Made by a program: the position numbers and the translations under genes
Notes under the pieces: generated by a model
Seen by the model: the letters and a program-made list of their open reading frames with translations, nothing else
Databases searched by the model: none
Told to the model about the DNA's origin: nothing
Shown here: one piece after another, positions 38,434 to 49,300 of the stretch
How positions within the stretch are numbered: the first letter of the stretch is position 1
How the letters are laid out: every line of letters begins with the position of its first letter
Assembly: GCA_947623825.1 (NCBI GenBank)
Contig: CANQHQ010000005.1
Span: 1 to 54,527, forward strand
Source: an uncultured Bacilli bacterium
GTDB taxonomy: Bacteria > Bacillota_I > Bacilli_A > RF39 > UBA660
DNA: 54,527 nt
Reading direction: 5' to 3'

Positions 38434-39495
38434 TTAATTCTTTTTGAAACGAATCGATAAAGAAAGAAACAGAAGAAAGAAAAGGATAAGAATATTACTA
38501 GAAGAATAAAAAAGAGAAGAAAAAGTGAAGAATTGACTTCCTAATAAAACGAAGAGAAGAAGAAGGAAAAGAATGGTTTTTTCCTTCTTTTGTATTTGGG
38601 GAAACTGTTCTTTTAAGAAAGAAGTTAGATGATAGAATAAAAATACGAGAGGGAAGAAGTAAAGAAGCACATAACTAAAAGAAAGAGTTGTTTCTACCCG
38701 TTCTAAAATATTGAGAAAAGAGATTTTTTGATAGGTAATCATAAGAGGGTTCTTGTATAAGTTGGTTAAATAAATACCCAAAGAACTTAAAATCAAGAAT
38801 AAATAAAGAAAAAGAGTGAGTCCACTTAGAAAGAGGGCTTTCTTTTTTGTTTTTTCTTGTTCTTCTTTCTTTTCTAACCAATTTTTAGGGAAATAAAGAA
38901 GTAAAAAGAAAGAAAGAGGGTAAGAGAGAAAGAAAACGAAAGAAGATTGAAGGATGGAAGAAGGGGATTCGGATAAGAGTGGTTTAATTCTTAAGAAATT
39001 GGATTGCGGAAGAATTCCAAAAAGAAAAAGAAGGAAAAGAAAAAGGTATAAATAGAAACAAAGTTCTGTTGTTTGAAAGATGGCTTCTTTGGGTTTTTGG
39101 AGGAAATAGAAAAGAATGAGGAAAAGAGGAATCATGGTCCAAAAGGCATCGATTTCAGGAGTGAGATAACTATGGAGAAATAGACTCATTTTTTGAGTGA
39201 TCCATAGAAGAAGGAAGAGAAGAAGAGAAAAGAGAAAGGGAAAGAGAACATAAGAAAATTTTGGATAAAGATCTTTGATTTTTTGATAGAGTGTTTTATT
39301 GGGATGATACGTATCAATATTTTGGATACATAGAGAAAAAAGAAAGATTTCTAGAGTACCCAATAGAATTCCAAAAAGCGCGTCTTGGTTTGCGATTCGG
39401 GTAAGGGAATGAAATCCTACAAAAGGAATCCACATCTGTAGTAAAAAGAAAAAAGTAGTAAAATATTGAAATTTTGTGATGGTCTTTTTTTTCAT
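38434..39495 (-). CDS. Spore germination receptor B subunit (GerAB/GerKB-like)
   Basis: About 10 TM; IKPLL, ISFLNILERVE motif; third gene of the ger operon. Confidence 0.8.
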   Translation of the reverse strand: MKKKTITKFQYFTTFFFLLQMWIPFVGFHSLTRIANQDALFGILLGTLEIFLFSLCIQNIDTYHPNKTLYQKIKDLYPKFSYVLFPFLFSLLLFLLLWITQKMSLFLHSYLTPEIDAFWTMIPLFLILFYFLQKPKEAIFQTTELCFYLYLFLFLLFLFGILPQSNFLRIKPLLSESPSSILQSSFVFFLSYPLSFFLLLYFPKNWLEKKEEQEKTKKKALFLSGLTLFLYLFLILSSLGIYLTNLYKNPLMITYQKISFLNILERVETTLSFSYVLLYFFPLVFLFYHLTSFLKEQFPQIQKKEKTILFLLLLFVLLGSQFFTFSSLFYSSSNILILFFLLFLSLSIRFKKN

Positions 39496-39496
39496 T

Positions 39497-40444
39497 TTAT
39501 TTCTTCCTTTCTAGATTGTTTTCTCTTACCGCTATATGGATATCGAAAGTAAAATTTCTTTTTATTTGGGTTGCGTTTGATTCTAGACGATTTTCTTTTC
39601 TTCTTTGTTTTAGTTTGATTAAGTCATAGTCTTGTTCTTCATAATAGATGAGAAGTCTTCGTAATTCTTTTTCTAATTCTTTGGAAAAGGAGGAAGGATT
39701 TTGATTCACTTCCAAGTAGATATGAAAGAGATTGTTTTCTTTTTGAAATTCTAGATTGGTTTTACTTTCATAAATGGTGATCTCTTGATAAATGGATTCT
39801 TTTAGATTGTTTTCTAATAAATTTAGAAGAATGGTTTCTTCGGTAGAAAGGGTGTCTATTGTTTGAAAATTATGGATGAGAGAGAGTCCTTCGACTTTTA
39901 ATTCTTTATTGAAAGAAAGAAGAGGAATGGTTGTGTTGGTGTCAATTAAGAGGTTTTCTAAGAATTTTTCGAAGGTAATACTTTGGGTGGTTCCCATATA
40001 GTTTTCGTTTGTATGGACTAATTCTATCAGTTCTTGGGCTCCTTTTTTTTCTTCAAATAATTTGTTTAGGGAGTCCACTTCCATGAGTTCGAAATTGTTT
40101 CTAATTTCTCGTTGATTTAATAGATACGTGACGATTTCTTTTAATTTTTCATCGATGGCTTCTTTACTTAGTACAAGGGCATCCATGTGGGCGAGATACA
40201 TTTTTTTATTACTTTTGAGATAGAGTTGATGCATGGCTTCTTCGATGGAAGATCCTTCTGCATTATAAGAAGTGAGGGCGGTGGTTTCTTCTTGTGGTTC
40301 GACAAGATAGATATAGACGTGATAGTTTTCTTCTTGATAATCGATTCCGACTAAACTGACAATTCCTAATTGATTGAGTTCTGTATAGGAATTACAACCT
40401 GTAAGAAAAAAGAGAGAGATCGCTAATAGAAAAAACTTTTTCAT
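39497..40444 (-). CDS. Spore germination receptor C subunit lipoprotein (GerAC/GerKC-like)
   Basis: Lipobox FLTGC followed by YTELNQLGIVSLVGID; EGSSIEEA, YLAHM. Confidence 0.88.
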   Translation of the reverse strand: MKKFFLLAISLFFLTGCNSYTELNQLGIVSLVGIDYQEENYHVYIYLVEPQEETTALTSYNAEGSSIEEAMHQLYLKSNKKMYLAHMDALVLSKEAIDEKLKEIVTYLLNQREIRNNFELMEVDSLNKLFEEKKGAQELIELVHTNENYMGTTQSITFEKFLENLLIDTNTTIPLLSFNKELKVEGLSLIHNFQTIDTLSTEETILLNLLENNLKESIYQEITIYESKTNLEFQKENNLFHIYLEVNQNPSSFSKELEKELRRLLIYYEEQDYDLIKLKQRRKENRLESNATQIKRNFTFDIHIAVRENNLERKK

Positions 40445-41871
40445 GATTTCGCCCTCCCTCGTACGAGATTCTTTTTGGCTAATAGAGGATTTCGATATTT
40501 GGTTTTGGTTACGTTATTGGTTCGAAGAAAGGCATCCTTTTGCTCACTGACAATGAGAGGAGAAAAGGGTGCGAGGTACGGTTTATGAAAAGAGCGGATA
40601 CTCGCTAATTGGATGATGAGAATCAAAATACCTAAAAAGATTCCATATATTCCGAAAAGGGATGCGAGAATCATGAAGAAAATGCGGAAATAACGGATGG
40701 CAGAAGTTAATTCAATAGAAGGGAAAACCAGTCCTGAAATGGCGGAAATGGCAATGACGATAATCATGATAGGAGAAATGATTCCCGCACTTACGGCGGC
40801 ATCTCCTAAGACGAGACCTCCAAGGATGGAGACCGCTGTTCCCATTGTCGAAGCCATTCGCATATCGCTTTCTCGTAGTATTTCAAACGAAATGGTCATC
40901 AGTAAGGCTTCTACTAAGGCAGGAAAAGGAACCGTGAGTCGTTGGGCGAGAAAGCGGACGAGAAGATCCGTCGTAATCGAATCATGGTTATGCGTCGTAA
41001 TCGCAATGTAGTAAGCAGGAACAAGAATGGAGATAAGAAAAGCTAAAAGACGAACGATTCGGACAAACGAAATATTGACTGGCTTTTGGTAATAATCGTC
41101 TGGGGTATGAAAGAAGTCAATGAAAAAACAGGGTAAGAGGAGGGCATAAGGACTATTTTCAGACAAGATGACCACTTTTCCTTCTAAAAGAGCCATGGTC
41201 GCTAAATCCGGTTTTTCTGTCGTCGCAATCGTAGGGAAAATAGAGGATGTTTCTTGTAGATATTCTTTGAGGTAACTGACATCTAAGATGCCATCGATAT
41301 TGATTTTTTTTAACTTTTTGGTTACTTCTTTGACGAGACGTTCTTCGGCGATATTGACCATGTAGAGGACTTCCACCTTTGTGTTGGATTGTTTTCCTAT
41401 GTTCATGGATTCTACCCAAAGGTTTTCTGTCTTTAATCGCTTGCGAACCAATCCTAAGTTTTTATTTAAATTTTCGGTAAAGGAATCTTTGGGTCCCCGC
41501 ACGGAAACTTCCGATTCACTATCGGAAATTCCTCGATCGAGGGTCGCTTTGGTTTCCATCCCAAAAGATTGATTTCCAATGATACAAATCGTATATCCAT
41601 TCCATAATTTAGAAAATAAATCTTTTTCATCTTGAATTTTTACGACATTATGGGTAGGAATGGAATTGTAAAGAAAAGAATAGAGATCTTCTTCGATATT
41701 GATTTTTTCATCAATCATTTTGGCTATATTTTTAAGAATTAATTCACTGATTTCGCTTCCACTTGTTAATACTTCACTGTATACAAGTGTGATTTTTTGA
41801 TTTTGTATTTGAATTTCTTTAAAAATAATATCGTCCGCTTGATTGGTTTTTCGTTTGATTTCTTCGATCAT
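40441..41871 (-). CDS. Spore germination receptor A subunit (GerAA/GerKA-like)
   Basis: RGPKDSFTE, TEKPD, LLEGKV, VPFPALVE, FEILRE, GGLVLGDAAVSAG, PYLAP; likely start ATG41871. Confidence 0.92.
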   Translation of the reverse strand: MIEEIKRKTNQADDIIFKEIQIQNQKITLVYSEVLTSGSEISELILKNIAKMIDEKINIEEDLYSFLYNSIPTHNVVKIQDEKDLFSKLWNGYTICIIGNQSFGMETKATLDRGISDSESEVSVRGPKDSFTENLNKNLGLVRKRLKTENLWVESMNIGKQSNTKVEVLYMVNIAEERLVKEVTKKLKKINIDGILDVSYLKEYLQETSSIFPTIATTEKPDLATMALLEGKVVILSENSPYALLLPCFFIDFFHTPDDYYQKPVNISFVRIVRLLAFLISILVPAYYIAITTHNHDSITTDLLVRFLAQRLTVPFPALVEALLMTISFEILRESDMRMASTMGTAVSILGGLVLGDAAVSAGIISPIMIIVIAISAISGLVFPSIELTSAIRYFRIFFMILASLFGIYGIFLGILILIIQLASIRSFHKPYLAPFSPLIVSEQKDAFLRTNNVTKTKYRNPLLAKKNLVRGRAKS

Positions 41872-41892
41872 ACCATCCCTCTTTTTCTCTTT

Positions 41893-41921
41893 TAGTATGA
41901 GTGATTTTTTGAAAAATATGT
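41893..41921 (-). promoter_or_regulatory. sigmaG-like promoter of the ger operon
   Basis: aCATA-17 nt-CATACTA on the minus strand, matching the B. subtilis sigmaG consensus GHATR-17/18-CATWMTA except the first base. Confidence 0.6.
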
Positions 41922-41995
41922 TTTTCTTTTGTTCTTTTCTTTTTCCCTTTTTCTTTTTTATCATTTTCATGTATAATAAGTATGAGTGTGATAAT

Positions 41996-43822
41996 ATGAT
42001 AGAAATTCGTAAGGATGATGAATACGAAGTTGTTATCAAGAAACAAGATCATTTTGGAGATGGGATTGTCCGTATCAAAGATATGTTGGTTTTTGTGAAG
42101 GATGCTCTTCCGGGAGATCGATTGAAGATTCGTATTTCTGATGTAAAAAAAACGTATGCGGTCGCCCAAATCTTAGAAGTGATTCATTCTTCGGATGAAC
42201 GGGTTGATCCTTACTGTGCGTACTTTGATACCTGTGGTGGATGTCAAATTATGGATCAATCTTATGCCTCTCAGTTGGTTTTTAAAGAAAAGAAAGTTCG
42301 GGAAATTTTTAAGAAATTCGCGGAAATTGATGATTTGGATATTGAATCCATTAGTCATGGTCCAGAAATTCATTATCGAAATAAGATTTTGTTTCATGGG
42401 ATGAATCATATTTTGGGTTTTTATCGAGAAAAGAGTCGGGCTTTGATTCCTGTCAAACTGTGTTTATTGGCAGAAGAGGATTTGAACTTGGTTTATGGAA
42501 AAATTATCGATTATTTGGATGAACACCCGAAAACGATGATTACTGGGTTACTTCTTCGAAAAACTTCTTTGGATGAAATCATGTTGGTGGTAGAAGGGGA
42601 ACTGGAGGATGAAAAAAGTTTTCTTGATGCCATGGATGCCTTATCTCTTACGTCGGTTTATGTCAATAATCAATTGGTTTTAGGAAAACCAGCCATTACA
42701 GAAAAGATTTTCGAAATGCAATTCCAGATTTATCCTGAGGCTTTTTTTCAGGTAAATTATGTGATGATGAAAGTCTTGTATCAGATTGTTTTAAATTATT
42801 ATAAATATAAAGATTACAATAAGGTACTAGATTTATATTGTGGAACCGGAACGATTGGTTTGTTGTTATCTACCTATGTTTCTCATGTAGTAGGAGTAGA
42901 ATTTTCGAAGGATGCGATTCGTTCTGCGAAGAAAAATAAAGAAATCAATCACGTCGAGAACATCGAGTTTATCGAAGGAAAAGTGGAAGATCATATTCAA
43001 CAGTTTCGGGATATCGATTCGATTGTCGTCGATCCTCCAAGAAGTGGATTAGATAGTGTTACGTTACAGACGATTTTACGTTTATTACCGGAAAGTGTCG
43101 TCTACATCTCTTGTGATCCTGTGACGTTAGCGAGAGATTTGAAATTGTTGTTGGAAGAATATACGTTGACGCGAACTAATTTGATTGATATGTTTCCTAA
43201 TACGTATCATGTAGAGACTGTCGTCATCTTAGAGAAAACGCAGAAACGAACATTTCATCAATATGGAATTCTCGTAAATAAGAGTCATCCTTATCAAATG
43301 GAAGATTTTAACGGAATGGTCTTGGTGAAGACGCAAACGGTTGATGGAGGAGAGACGTTTGTAGATGAAATTGCCTTTGAACATTACTTGTTGTGGAAGA
43401 GTCAATTGGCGGAAGAACAGATTGTGATTGGAATTGTCAATGGCTATCGTACATACGAAGAAGAGGAACAATTGTATCAGAAGGCGTTGGAAGTGTTACC
43501 GAAGGTGAAAGCGGAGGAAGAATATGCCCCTCCTGGTTTTTCTGAGTTTCATACCGGATTGCTTCTCGAATTGGCAGTTTTAAAGACACCGTTCAAAGAC
43601 GATGATGAAGCGTATACGAAAACGTTTGAAAGAATTCGGGAATTGGCACCAGAGTATGGATTTGTCTTGCGATATCCGCGAGGGAAAGAAAAGAGTACGG
43701 GATTTCGTTATCAACCACATCAGTTCCGTTATGTCGGTAGTGGATTATCCCATGTTTTAGAAAAAAATGGAATCGTATTAGAAGAATATTATAATGAAAA
43801 GGAGAAAGAAGAAAATGGATAA
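41996..43822 (+). CDS. rlmD: RlmD/RlmCD (TrmA-family) RNA m5U methyltransferase fused to a degenerate VanY/M15B D,D-carboxypeptidase domain
   Basis: TRAM domain, CAYFDTCGGC, AFFQVN, LDLYCGTG, VDPPRSG, YISCDP, HVE; then LVNK, GYRTYEE, APPGFSE, YGFVLRYP, FRYVG. Confidence 0.88.
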   Translation: MIEIRKDDEYEVVIKKQDHFGDGIVRIKDMLVFVKDALPGDRLKIRISDVKKTYAVAQILEVIHSSDERVDPYCAYFDTCGGCQIMDQSYASQLVFKEKKVREIFKKFAEIDDLDIESISHGPEIHYRNKILFHGMNHILGFYREKSRALIPVKLCLLAEEDLNLVYGKIIDYLDEHPKTMITGLLLRKTSLDEIMLVVEGELEDEKSFLDAMDALSLTSVYVNNQLVLGKPAITEKIFEMQFQIYPEAFFQVNYVMMKVLYQIVLNYYKYKDYNKVLDLYCGTGTIGLLLSTYVSHVVGVEFSKDAIRSAKKNKEINHVENIEFIEGKVEDHIQQFRDIDSIVVDPPRSGLDSVTLQTILRLLPESVVYISCDPVTLARDLKLLLEEYTLTRTNLIDMFPNTYHVETVVILEKTQKRTFHQYGILVNKSHPYQMEDFNGMVLVKTQTVDGGETFVDEIAFEHYLLWKSQLAEEQIVIGIVNGYRTYEEEEQLYQKALEVLPKVKAEEEYAPPGFSEFHTGLLLELAVLKTPFKDDDEAYTKTFERIRELAPEYGFVLRYPRGKEKSTGFRYQPHQFRYVGSGLSHVLEKNGIVLEEYYNEKEKEENG

Positions 43823-44411
43823 GAAAACGATTTTATTGATTGTAGGGGTTGTCGTCATTCTTGGCGTCGCTCTATTCTTTGGAACGAAAAAGGAGGAGAA
43901 GAAAGAAATGCTTACCGGAAAACATCATGTAGAAATTGTCGTACGTGATTATGGAACCATCGCTGTAGAACTCGATGCGGATAGTGCGCCTATCACAGTT
44001 ACCAATTTTTTGGATTTGGTAGATGCCAAATTCTATGATGGATTGACTTTCCATCGCATTCATCCTGAATTTGTGATTCAGGGAGGAGATCCGGATCATA
44101 ATGGAACGGGAGGAAGTAGTCAAAAAATCAAAGGGGAGTTCTCACAAAATGGAGTCGATAACTCTATCTCTCATGTACGAGGAACCATTTCGATGGCACG
44201 AGGAAATGATTTCAACAGTGCCACGAGTCAATTTTTCATCGTTTTGGAAGACGCACCGTCTTTAGATGGATTGTATGCGGCTTTTGGACACGTAACAGAA
44301 GGAATGGATGTCATCGATGCCATCGTTTCTCAGACAGTAATTGAAGACGATGGAGAGACCGTTCTTTATGAAAATCAACCCGTTATCGAGAAAATTGTAA
44401 AAATCGATTAA
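43815..44411 (+). CDS. Membrane-anchored cyclophilin-type peptidyl-prolyl isomerase
   Basis: APITVTNF, FYDGLTFHRI, IQGGDP, GTISMAR, SQFFI, LDGLYAAFG. Confidence 0.93.
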   Translation: MDKKTILLIVGVVVILGVALFFGTKKEEKKEMLTGKHHVEIVVRDYGTIAVELDADSAPITVTNFLDLVDAKFYDGLTFHRIHPEFVIQGGDPDHNGTGGSSQKIKGEFSQNGVDNSISHVRGTISMARGNDFNSATSQFFIVLEDAPSLDGLYAAFGHVTEGMDVIDAIVSQTVIEDDGETVLYENQPVIEKIVKID

Positions 44412-44478
44412 AATTCAAAAAAGAGTGATATAATATAGAAAGTTTTTTCTATATTATTTTCATGAAAGGAGAGATTTT

Positions 44479-45348
44479 ATGGAAACGATCGTCGTGGAAC
44501 AAGAAGATACCCTTTTACCTTATCTTTTGACCCATACGAATTATTCGAGAAAGAAATTAAAATCTTTACTCAAATATCATGCCATCACTGTTTCTGGTGT
44601 TCGATTGGCTCGTTTTGATACACCTTTGAAGAAAAAACAGGTGATTTCTATTTCGTCGGAAAAGAAAGCAACGAAAATAGAGAATGTCGATATTTTGTAT
44701 GAAGACGAAAATTATCTTGTCGTGAATAAACCGGCTGGTATGCTTACGGTGTCGACCGAAAAAGAAAAAAATCGTACTTTGTATCATTTGGTTCGTGGGT
44801 ATGTGAAAGAGAAAAATCCACATTCTAAGATTTTTATTGTGCATCGTTTGGATCGAGAGACGAGTGGAATTGTTCTTTTTGCGAAAGAGGAATCTTTAAA
44901 AAGAAAATTACAAGAGCATTGGGAAGAAGTGGCACTTTGTCGTCGATATACAGCCGTTGTTTCTGGTCTGATGGAAAAGAAAGAGGATTGTTTGGTTTCT
45001 TACTTGAAAGAGAATCGCGAAAATCATGTTTTTGTATCAAAAGATGGAACCGGAAAGAAGGCAGTGACCCATTATCGAGTTCTTCGAGAAATGGAGAATA
45101 GTCTTTTAGAAATTGAAATTGAAACAGGAAGAAAGAATCAGATTCGTGTGCAGTTGGCGGAAATTCAACATCCGATTTTGGGAGATAAAAAATACGGAAA
45201 TACGAAAGGGAAACGACTTTATCTTCATGCCAATTACTTGTCAATTCGTCATCCTTTGACGGGAAAACCGATGGTGTTTGAATGTGCCGTTCCTAGAGAT
45301 TTTATGAGACAATTATCAACTTCACAAAAACCAGAACAAGGTGTATAA
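44479..45348 (+). CDS. RluA-family pseudouridine synthase
   Basis: VNKPAG, VHRLDRETSG, TGRKNQIRV, HPILGDKKYG, LYLHA. Confidence 0.93.
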   Translation: METIVVEQEDTLLPYLLTHTNYSRKKLKSLLKYHAITVSGVRLARFDTPLKKKQVISISSEKKATKIENVDILYEDENYLVVNKPAGMLTVSTEKEKNRTLYHLVRGYVKEKNPHSKIFIVHRLDRETSGIVLFAKEESLKRKLQEHWEEVALCRRYTAVVSGLMEKKEDCLVSYLKENRENHVFVSKDGTGKKAVTHYRVLREMENSLLEIEIETGRKNQIRVQLAEIQHPILGDKKYGNTKGKRLYLHANYLSIRHPLTGKPMVFECAVPRDFMRQLSTSQKPEQGV

Positions 45349-45371
45349 TGAAATAGGAGGATGATAGATGT

Positions 45372-45932
45372 ATGAAATATTTAAAAGATGAGATTCAAAA
45401 GATTTTTGTTACTTCTCTTGTGACGTCCGTTATTATGATTTTTTTAGGAATTTTCCTATTATGCAAACCTGATTTTATTTTGACTACTTTGTCGACTGTG
45501 ATTGGAATTATTGTATTGGTTCCTGCCGTTATTTCTTTGATTGATTATTTTAAGACAAAGTATATGGCGAATTTAATTGTCGGTGTAGCTGCCGGTGTGA
45601 TGGGAATCATCTTTATTTTTAACCCTACGTTTATTTCTAGTATTTTACCATTTGTTTTGGGCGTTTATTTCCTTATCGATGGATTGAGTCGTCTTCAATA
45701 TGCATTCGAAATGAAGAAGAATCAAGTTCCAGGATGTGTTTCTGCCTTTGTTTCTTCGATTCTAATTCTCGTTTTGGGAGTTTTAATGATTCTAAATCCA
45801 TTTGAAGGAGCTTTAGCTATTACCCAAGTCATTGGTATCTTCTTAATTCTTCATTCTGCCCTTGACTTGTATAATGCAATTTCTACTAAGATGAAAGTAA
45901 CAAAATTTGTAAAGAAAATGTTGAAGGATTAG
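45372..45932 (+). CDS. HdeD/DUF308-family membrane protein
   Basis: Repeated helical hairpins with G..L...P pattern; six TM segments. Confidence 0.75.
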   Translation: MKYLKDEIQKIFVTSLVTSVIMIFLGIFLLCKPDFILTTLSTVIGIIVLVPAVISLIDYFKTKYMANLIVGVAAGVMGIIFIFNPTFISSILPFVLGVYFLIDGLSRLQYAFEMKKNQVPGCVSAFVSSILILVLGVLMILNPFEGALAITQVIGIFLILHSALDLYNAISTKMKVTKFVKKMLKD

Positions 45933-45941
45933 GAATCGGTT

Positions 45942-46226
45942 ATGGCAAAAAAAATTACAAATGAACAAAAATATCGTTTTCTTTGTTGGCGTTTATTCTG
46001 TCATTACATGATTATTGTGATGGGAATTTTAACGATTGCCCTTTCTCTTGCGTCTTTATTTTTAAAAATATCACCTATATATGCCGTTGTATCTTTTGTT
46101 TTAGAAGTGATTTTTTCTAAATTAAAACTCTATTTTAAAGAGAAAGAAGAGGCGGAAGAAGAACCAGAACAAGAAAAGAAAAAAAGCAAAAGAAAATCCA
46201 AAAAGAAAGAGGATAGACAGGGATAG
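45942..46226 (+). CDS. Small membrane hypothetical protein
   Basis: Two TM segments and a charged tail. Confidence 0.65.
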   Translation: MAKKITNEQKYRFLCWRLFCHYMIIVMGILTIALSLASLFLKISPIYAVVSFVLEVIFSKLKLYFKEKEEAEEEPEQEKKKSKRKSKKKEDRQG

Positions 46227-46242
46227 AAACCTGTTTTTTTCT

Positions 46243-46272
46243 TTGACTTTTCGATATGGGGGGGGGTATACT
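46243..46272 (+). promoter_or_regulatory. sigmaA promoter of the giant adhesin with a G9 spacer tract (candidate phase-variable)
   Basis: TTGACT-TTTCGATAT-G9(46258-46266)-TATACT; spacer 18 nt. Confidence 0.8.
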
Positions 46273-46392
46273 TAAGATGGAGATAAGATAGGAACTGTGA
46301 AGGGTGGAAACTGAATCGATTTTCTCCTAAACATGTTTCCTTTAAATGGAAAATGTTTTGCCTTGTTTTCGTAGTGAAAGGAAGAATGTCGA

Positions 46393-49300
46393 ATGAAAAA
46401 AATGTTTCTTTGGATTCATAAAAGAATTGGGATTTTTACCATTGGTCTCATTGCAATTTTTATGATTGGAATGGGGCTTTTGATGAACTCATATTCCTTA
46501 AATGAAGCAATTCCAAAAATTACTTTTTCTTCTAAAACATTAAGCTATGAAAGAAACGAACCAGGAAGTTGGCAGGTAGAGAAGAGTGCCGAATGGATTG
46601 GCTTAGGAAAAGCGAGAATTACGTTTCAAGTAGATACGATTTTAAAGACAGAAAATCCAAATACAGATGTCATTTTAGTTCTTGATATTTCTGGTTCTAT
46701 GGCAGGAGAAAAATTAGACCGAGTGAAAAAAGATTCTGTCGATTTATTGACAGCGTTGTTATCAAATGACAACAATCATGCGGCATTGATTACGTTTGAT
46801 ACAGAATCTGAATTGGTATCTGGTTTTACTAATGATAAGGATAGTTTAATAAAAAAGATTTCTTCTCTTTCTGATCACGGTAATACGAATTATTATCAAC
46901 CACTTGTCCATGTAGATGAGATTTTAAAAGACTATTCCAAGGAGAAAGATAAAGAGTGTGTTGTTTTATTCTTGACGGATGGATATCCAAACGAAGATAT
47001 TCCAAATCAGATAGGAGAATACAAATATTTAAAGAGTGAATATCCATGGTTAAAGATTCATGGGGTTCAATACGAGATGGGTGAAGAAGTCTTGGACCCT
47101 ATTAAAGAGATTAGTGATAGTCAGTTTATTGCGGATATGACTACACTAAACAATGTTTTATTTGATGCCTCTGTTGTGCCAACTCCTTATGACAATTTTG
47201 TATTAACAGATTTTATTGATAATGAATATTTTGATTTACAAGATGTTTCGAAACTTCAATCTTCTTTCGGAAAAGTAGAGTTGAAAGATGATAATGGAGT
47301 ACCCAAAGTCACATGGGATTTAAGTGGTTTAAAGTCAGGACAAGGAGCTACTTTAACGATTGATATTGATTTGAAAGAAGAACTTCTTGAAGAAGAAGGC
47401 CTTTTCCCAACGAACAAGAGTAGTAAAGTGGTTTCTCAAATCGAAGAGAATCAAGAAGATGTCATGACCGAAGAAACTCCTATTTTGTCAAGTCATTACA
47501 ATGTGATTTATGAAGGAAATTCCCCAAGTGGATGTAGTGTGAGTGGAGTACCAAGTAGAACTAGCCACGCAGTTTTTGAAACGGTAGAAAAGAGTGATGT
47601 CGTTCCTACCTGTGAAGGATATCAATTTAAAGGATGGATGATTGTTACTGAAGGAGTAAAAAAACTCAATGATGACTACTTTACAATGCCTGGAAAAGAT
47701 GTTGTGGTTCGAGCGGAATGGGGAAGAATGGGATTATCGAAGTCTGTGGAAGGAGAAGTTTATGTTCAAAGAGATCCAATCCTTCAAAGAATTGGTTTTG
47801 AGAGTTATAATAATGAACTTTGGAAATACCAAACTTCGATTACGAAGATAGTGATTGAGGGAGACCAAACATCAAAAGAAGGTTCTACAGAGGAACTTAC
47901 TTGGGATATTTCTGCAGCTAAGGATGGATCGGTTCGTGGATTGTTGGTACCGAATTCCGATAATCCTTCGACTTATACTGCCTATATTCAAGGGTTAGAT
48001 GGAAAAGTAATTGCGAACCCCGATAGTTCTTACTTATTTGGTGGTAATTATTTTTATTCTAGTAATCATTTTTCAAAGTTAACTGCAATTGAGGGACTAG
48101 AATTATTGGATACAAGTCAAGTAACTGATATGAGTTATATGTTTGCTGCTTGTAATGCCTTAATTAGTCTAGATTTAAGTAATTGGAACAAGAGTCAAGT
48201 AACCGATATGAGTGGTATGTTTTCTTATTGTAGATCCTTAACCAGTTTAAAAGGCTTAAGTAGTTGGGATACGAGTCAAGTAACCGATATGAGTTATATG
48301 TTTGAACATTGTGAGTCCTTAAGCAATTTAGATTTTGTAAGTGGCTGGGACACAAGTCACGTAATCAATATGAGTTATATTTTTAGTTATTGTTCTCTCT
48401 TAACTAGTTTAGATTTAAGTGGTTGGGTTACCAGTCAGGTAACTGATATGAGTGGTATATTTTCCAGCTGTTCATCTTTAACTAATTTAGATTTTGTAAG
48501 TGGCTGGGACACAAGTCACGTAACCAATATGAGTCATATGTTTTCTAGTTGTGAATCCTTAACCAGTTTAGATTTAAGTGGCTGGGACACGAGTCAAGTA
48601 ACCGATATGGGTGCTATGTTTTATCGTTGTAGTGCCTTAACTAGTGTTGGAAATTTAAATGGGTGGAACACAGGTCAAGTAACCAATATGGGTGCTATGT
48701 TTTCCGGTTGTAGAGCTTTAACCAGTGTTGGAGATTTAAGCAGTTGGGACACACGTCAAGTAACTTCTATGTATTCTATGTTTGATGATTGCCGGGCTTT
48801 AACTAGTCTAGATTTAAGTAGTTGGAGTACAGGTCAAGTAATCAATATGAATTTTATGTTTTATAGTTGTAACGCCTTAACCAGTGTTGGAGATTTAAGT
48901 GGTTGGGACACAAGTCATGTAACTAATATGTGGGCTATGTTTTCTGGTTGCTGGCGCTTAACCAGTGTTGGAAATTTAAGTGGTTGGGACACAAGTCATG
49001 TAACCAATATGAGTTGGATGTTTGATGGTTGTTCTCTCTTAATCAATTTAGATTTTGTAAGTGGTTGGGAAACAGGTCAAGTAACCAATATGAGTGATAT
49101 GTTTGGTGGTTGTTCTCTCTTAATCAGTTTAGATTTGAGTGGTTGGGATACGAGTCAAGTAACCGATATGAGTGGTATGTTTTCTTATTGTCAAACCTTA
49201 GCTAGTTTGGATTTAAGTAACTGGAAAACTGGTCAAGTAGCCGAGATGAGTGAGATGTTTCGTGATTGTGAATCTTTAACCAAATTAAATTTTCTAAGTG

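Noticed and set aside
41843-42039. Apparent 5' overlap of the gerA-type and rlmD ORFs
   Set aside because: Artefact of longest-ORF calling; likely starts at 41871 (-) and 41996 (+) leave a normal divergent promoter region.
46279-46392. c-di-GMP or other known riboswitch in the adhesin leader
   Set aside because: No recognisable conserved riboswitch core by eye; an Rfam search would be needed.
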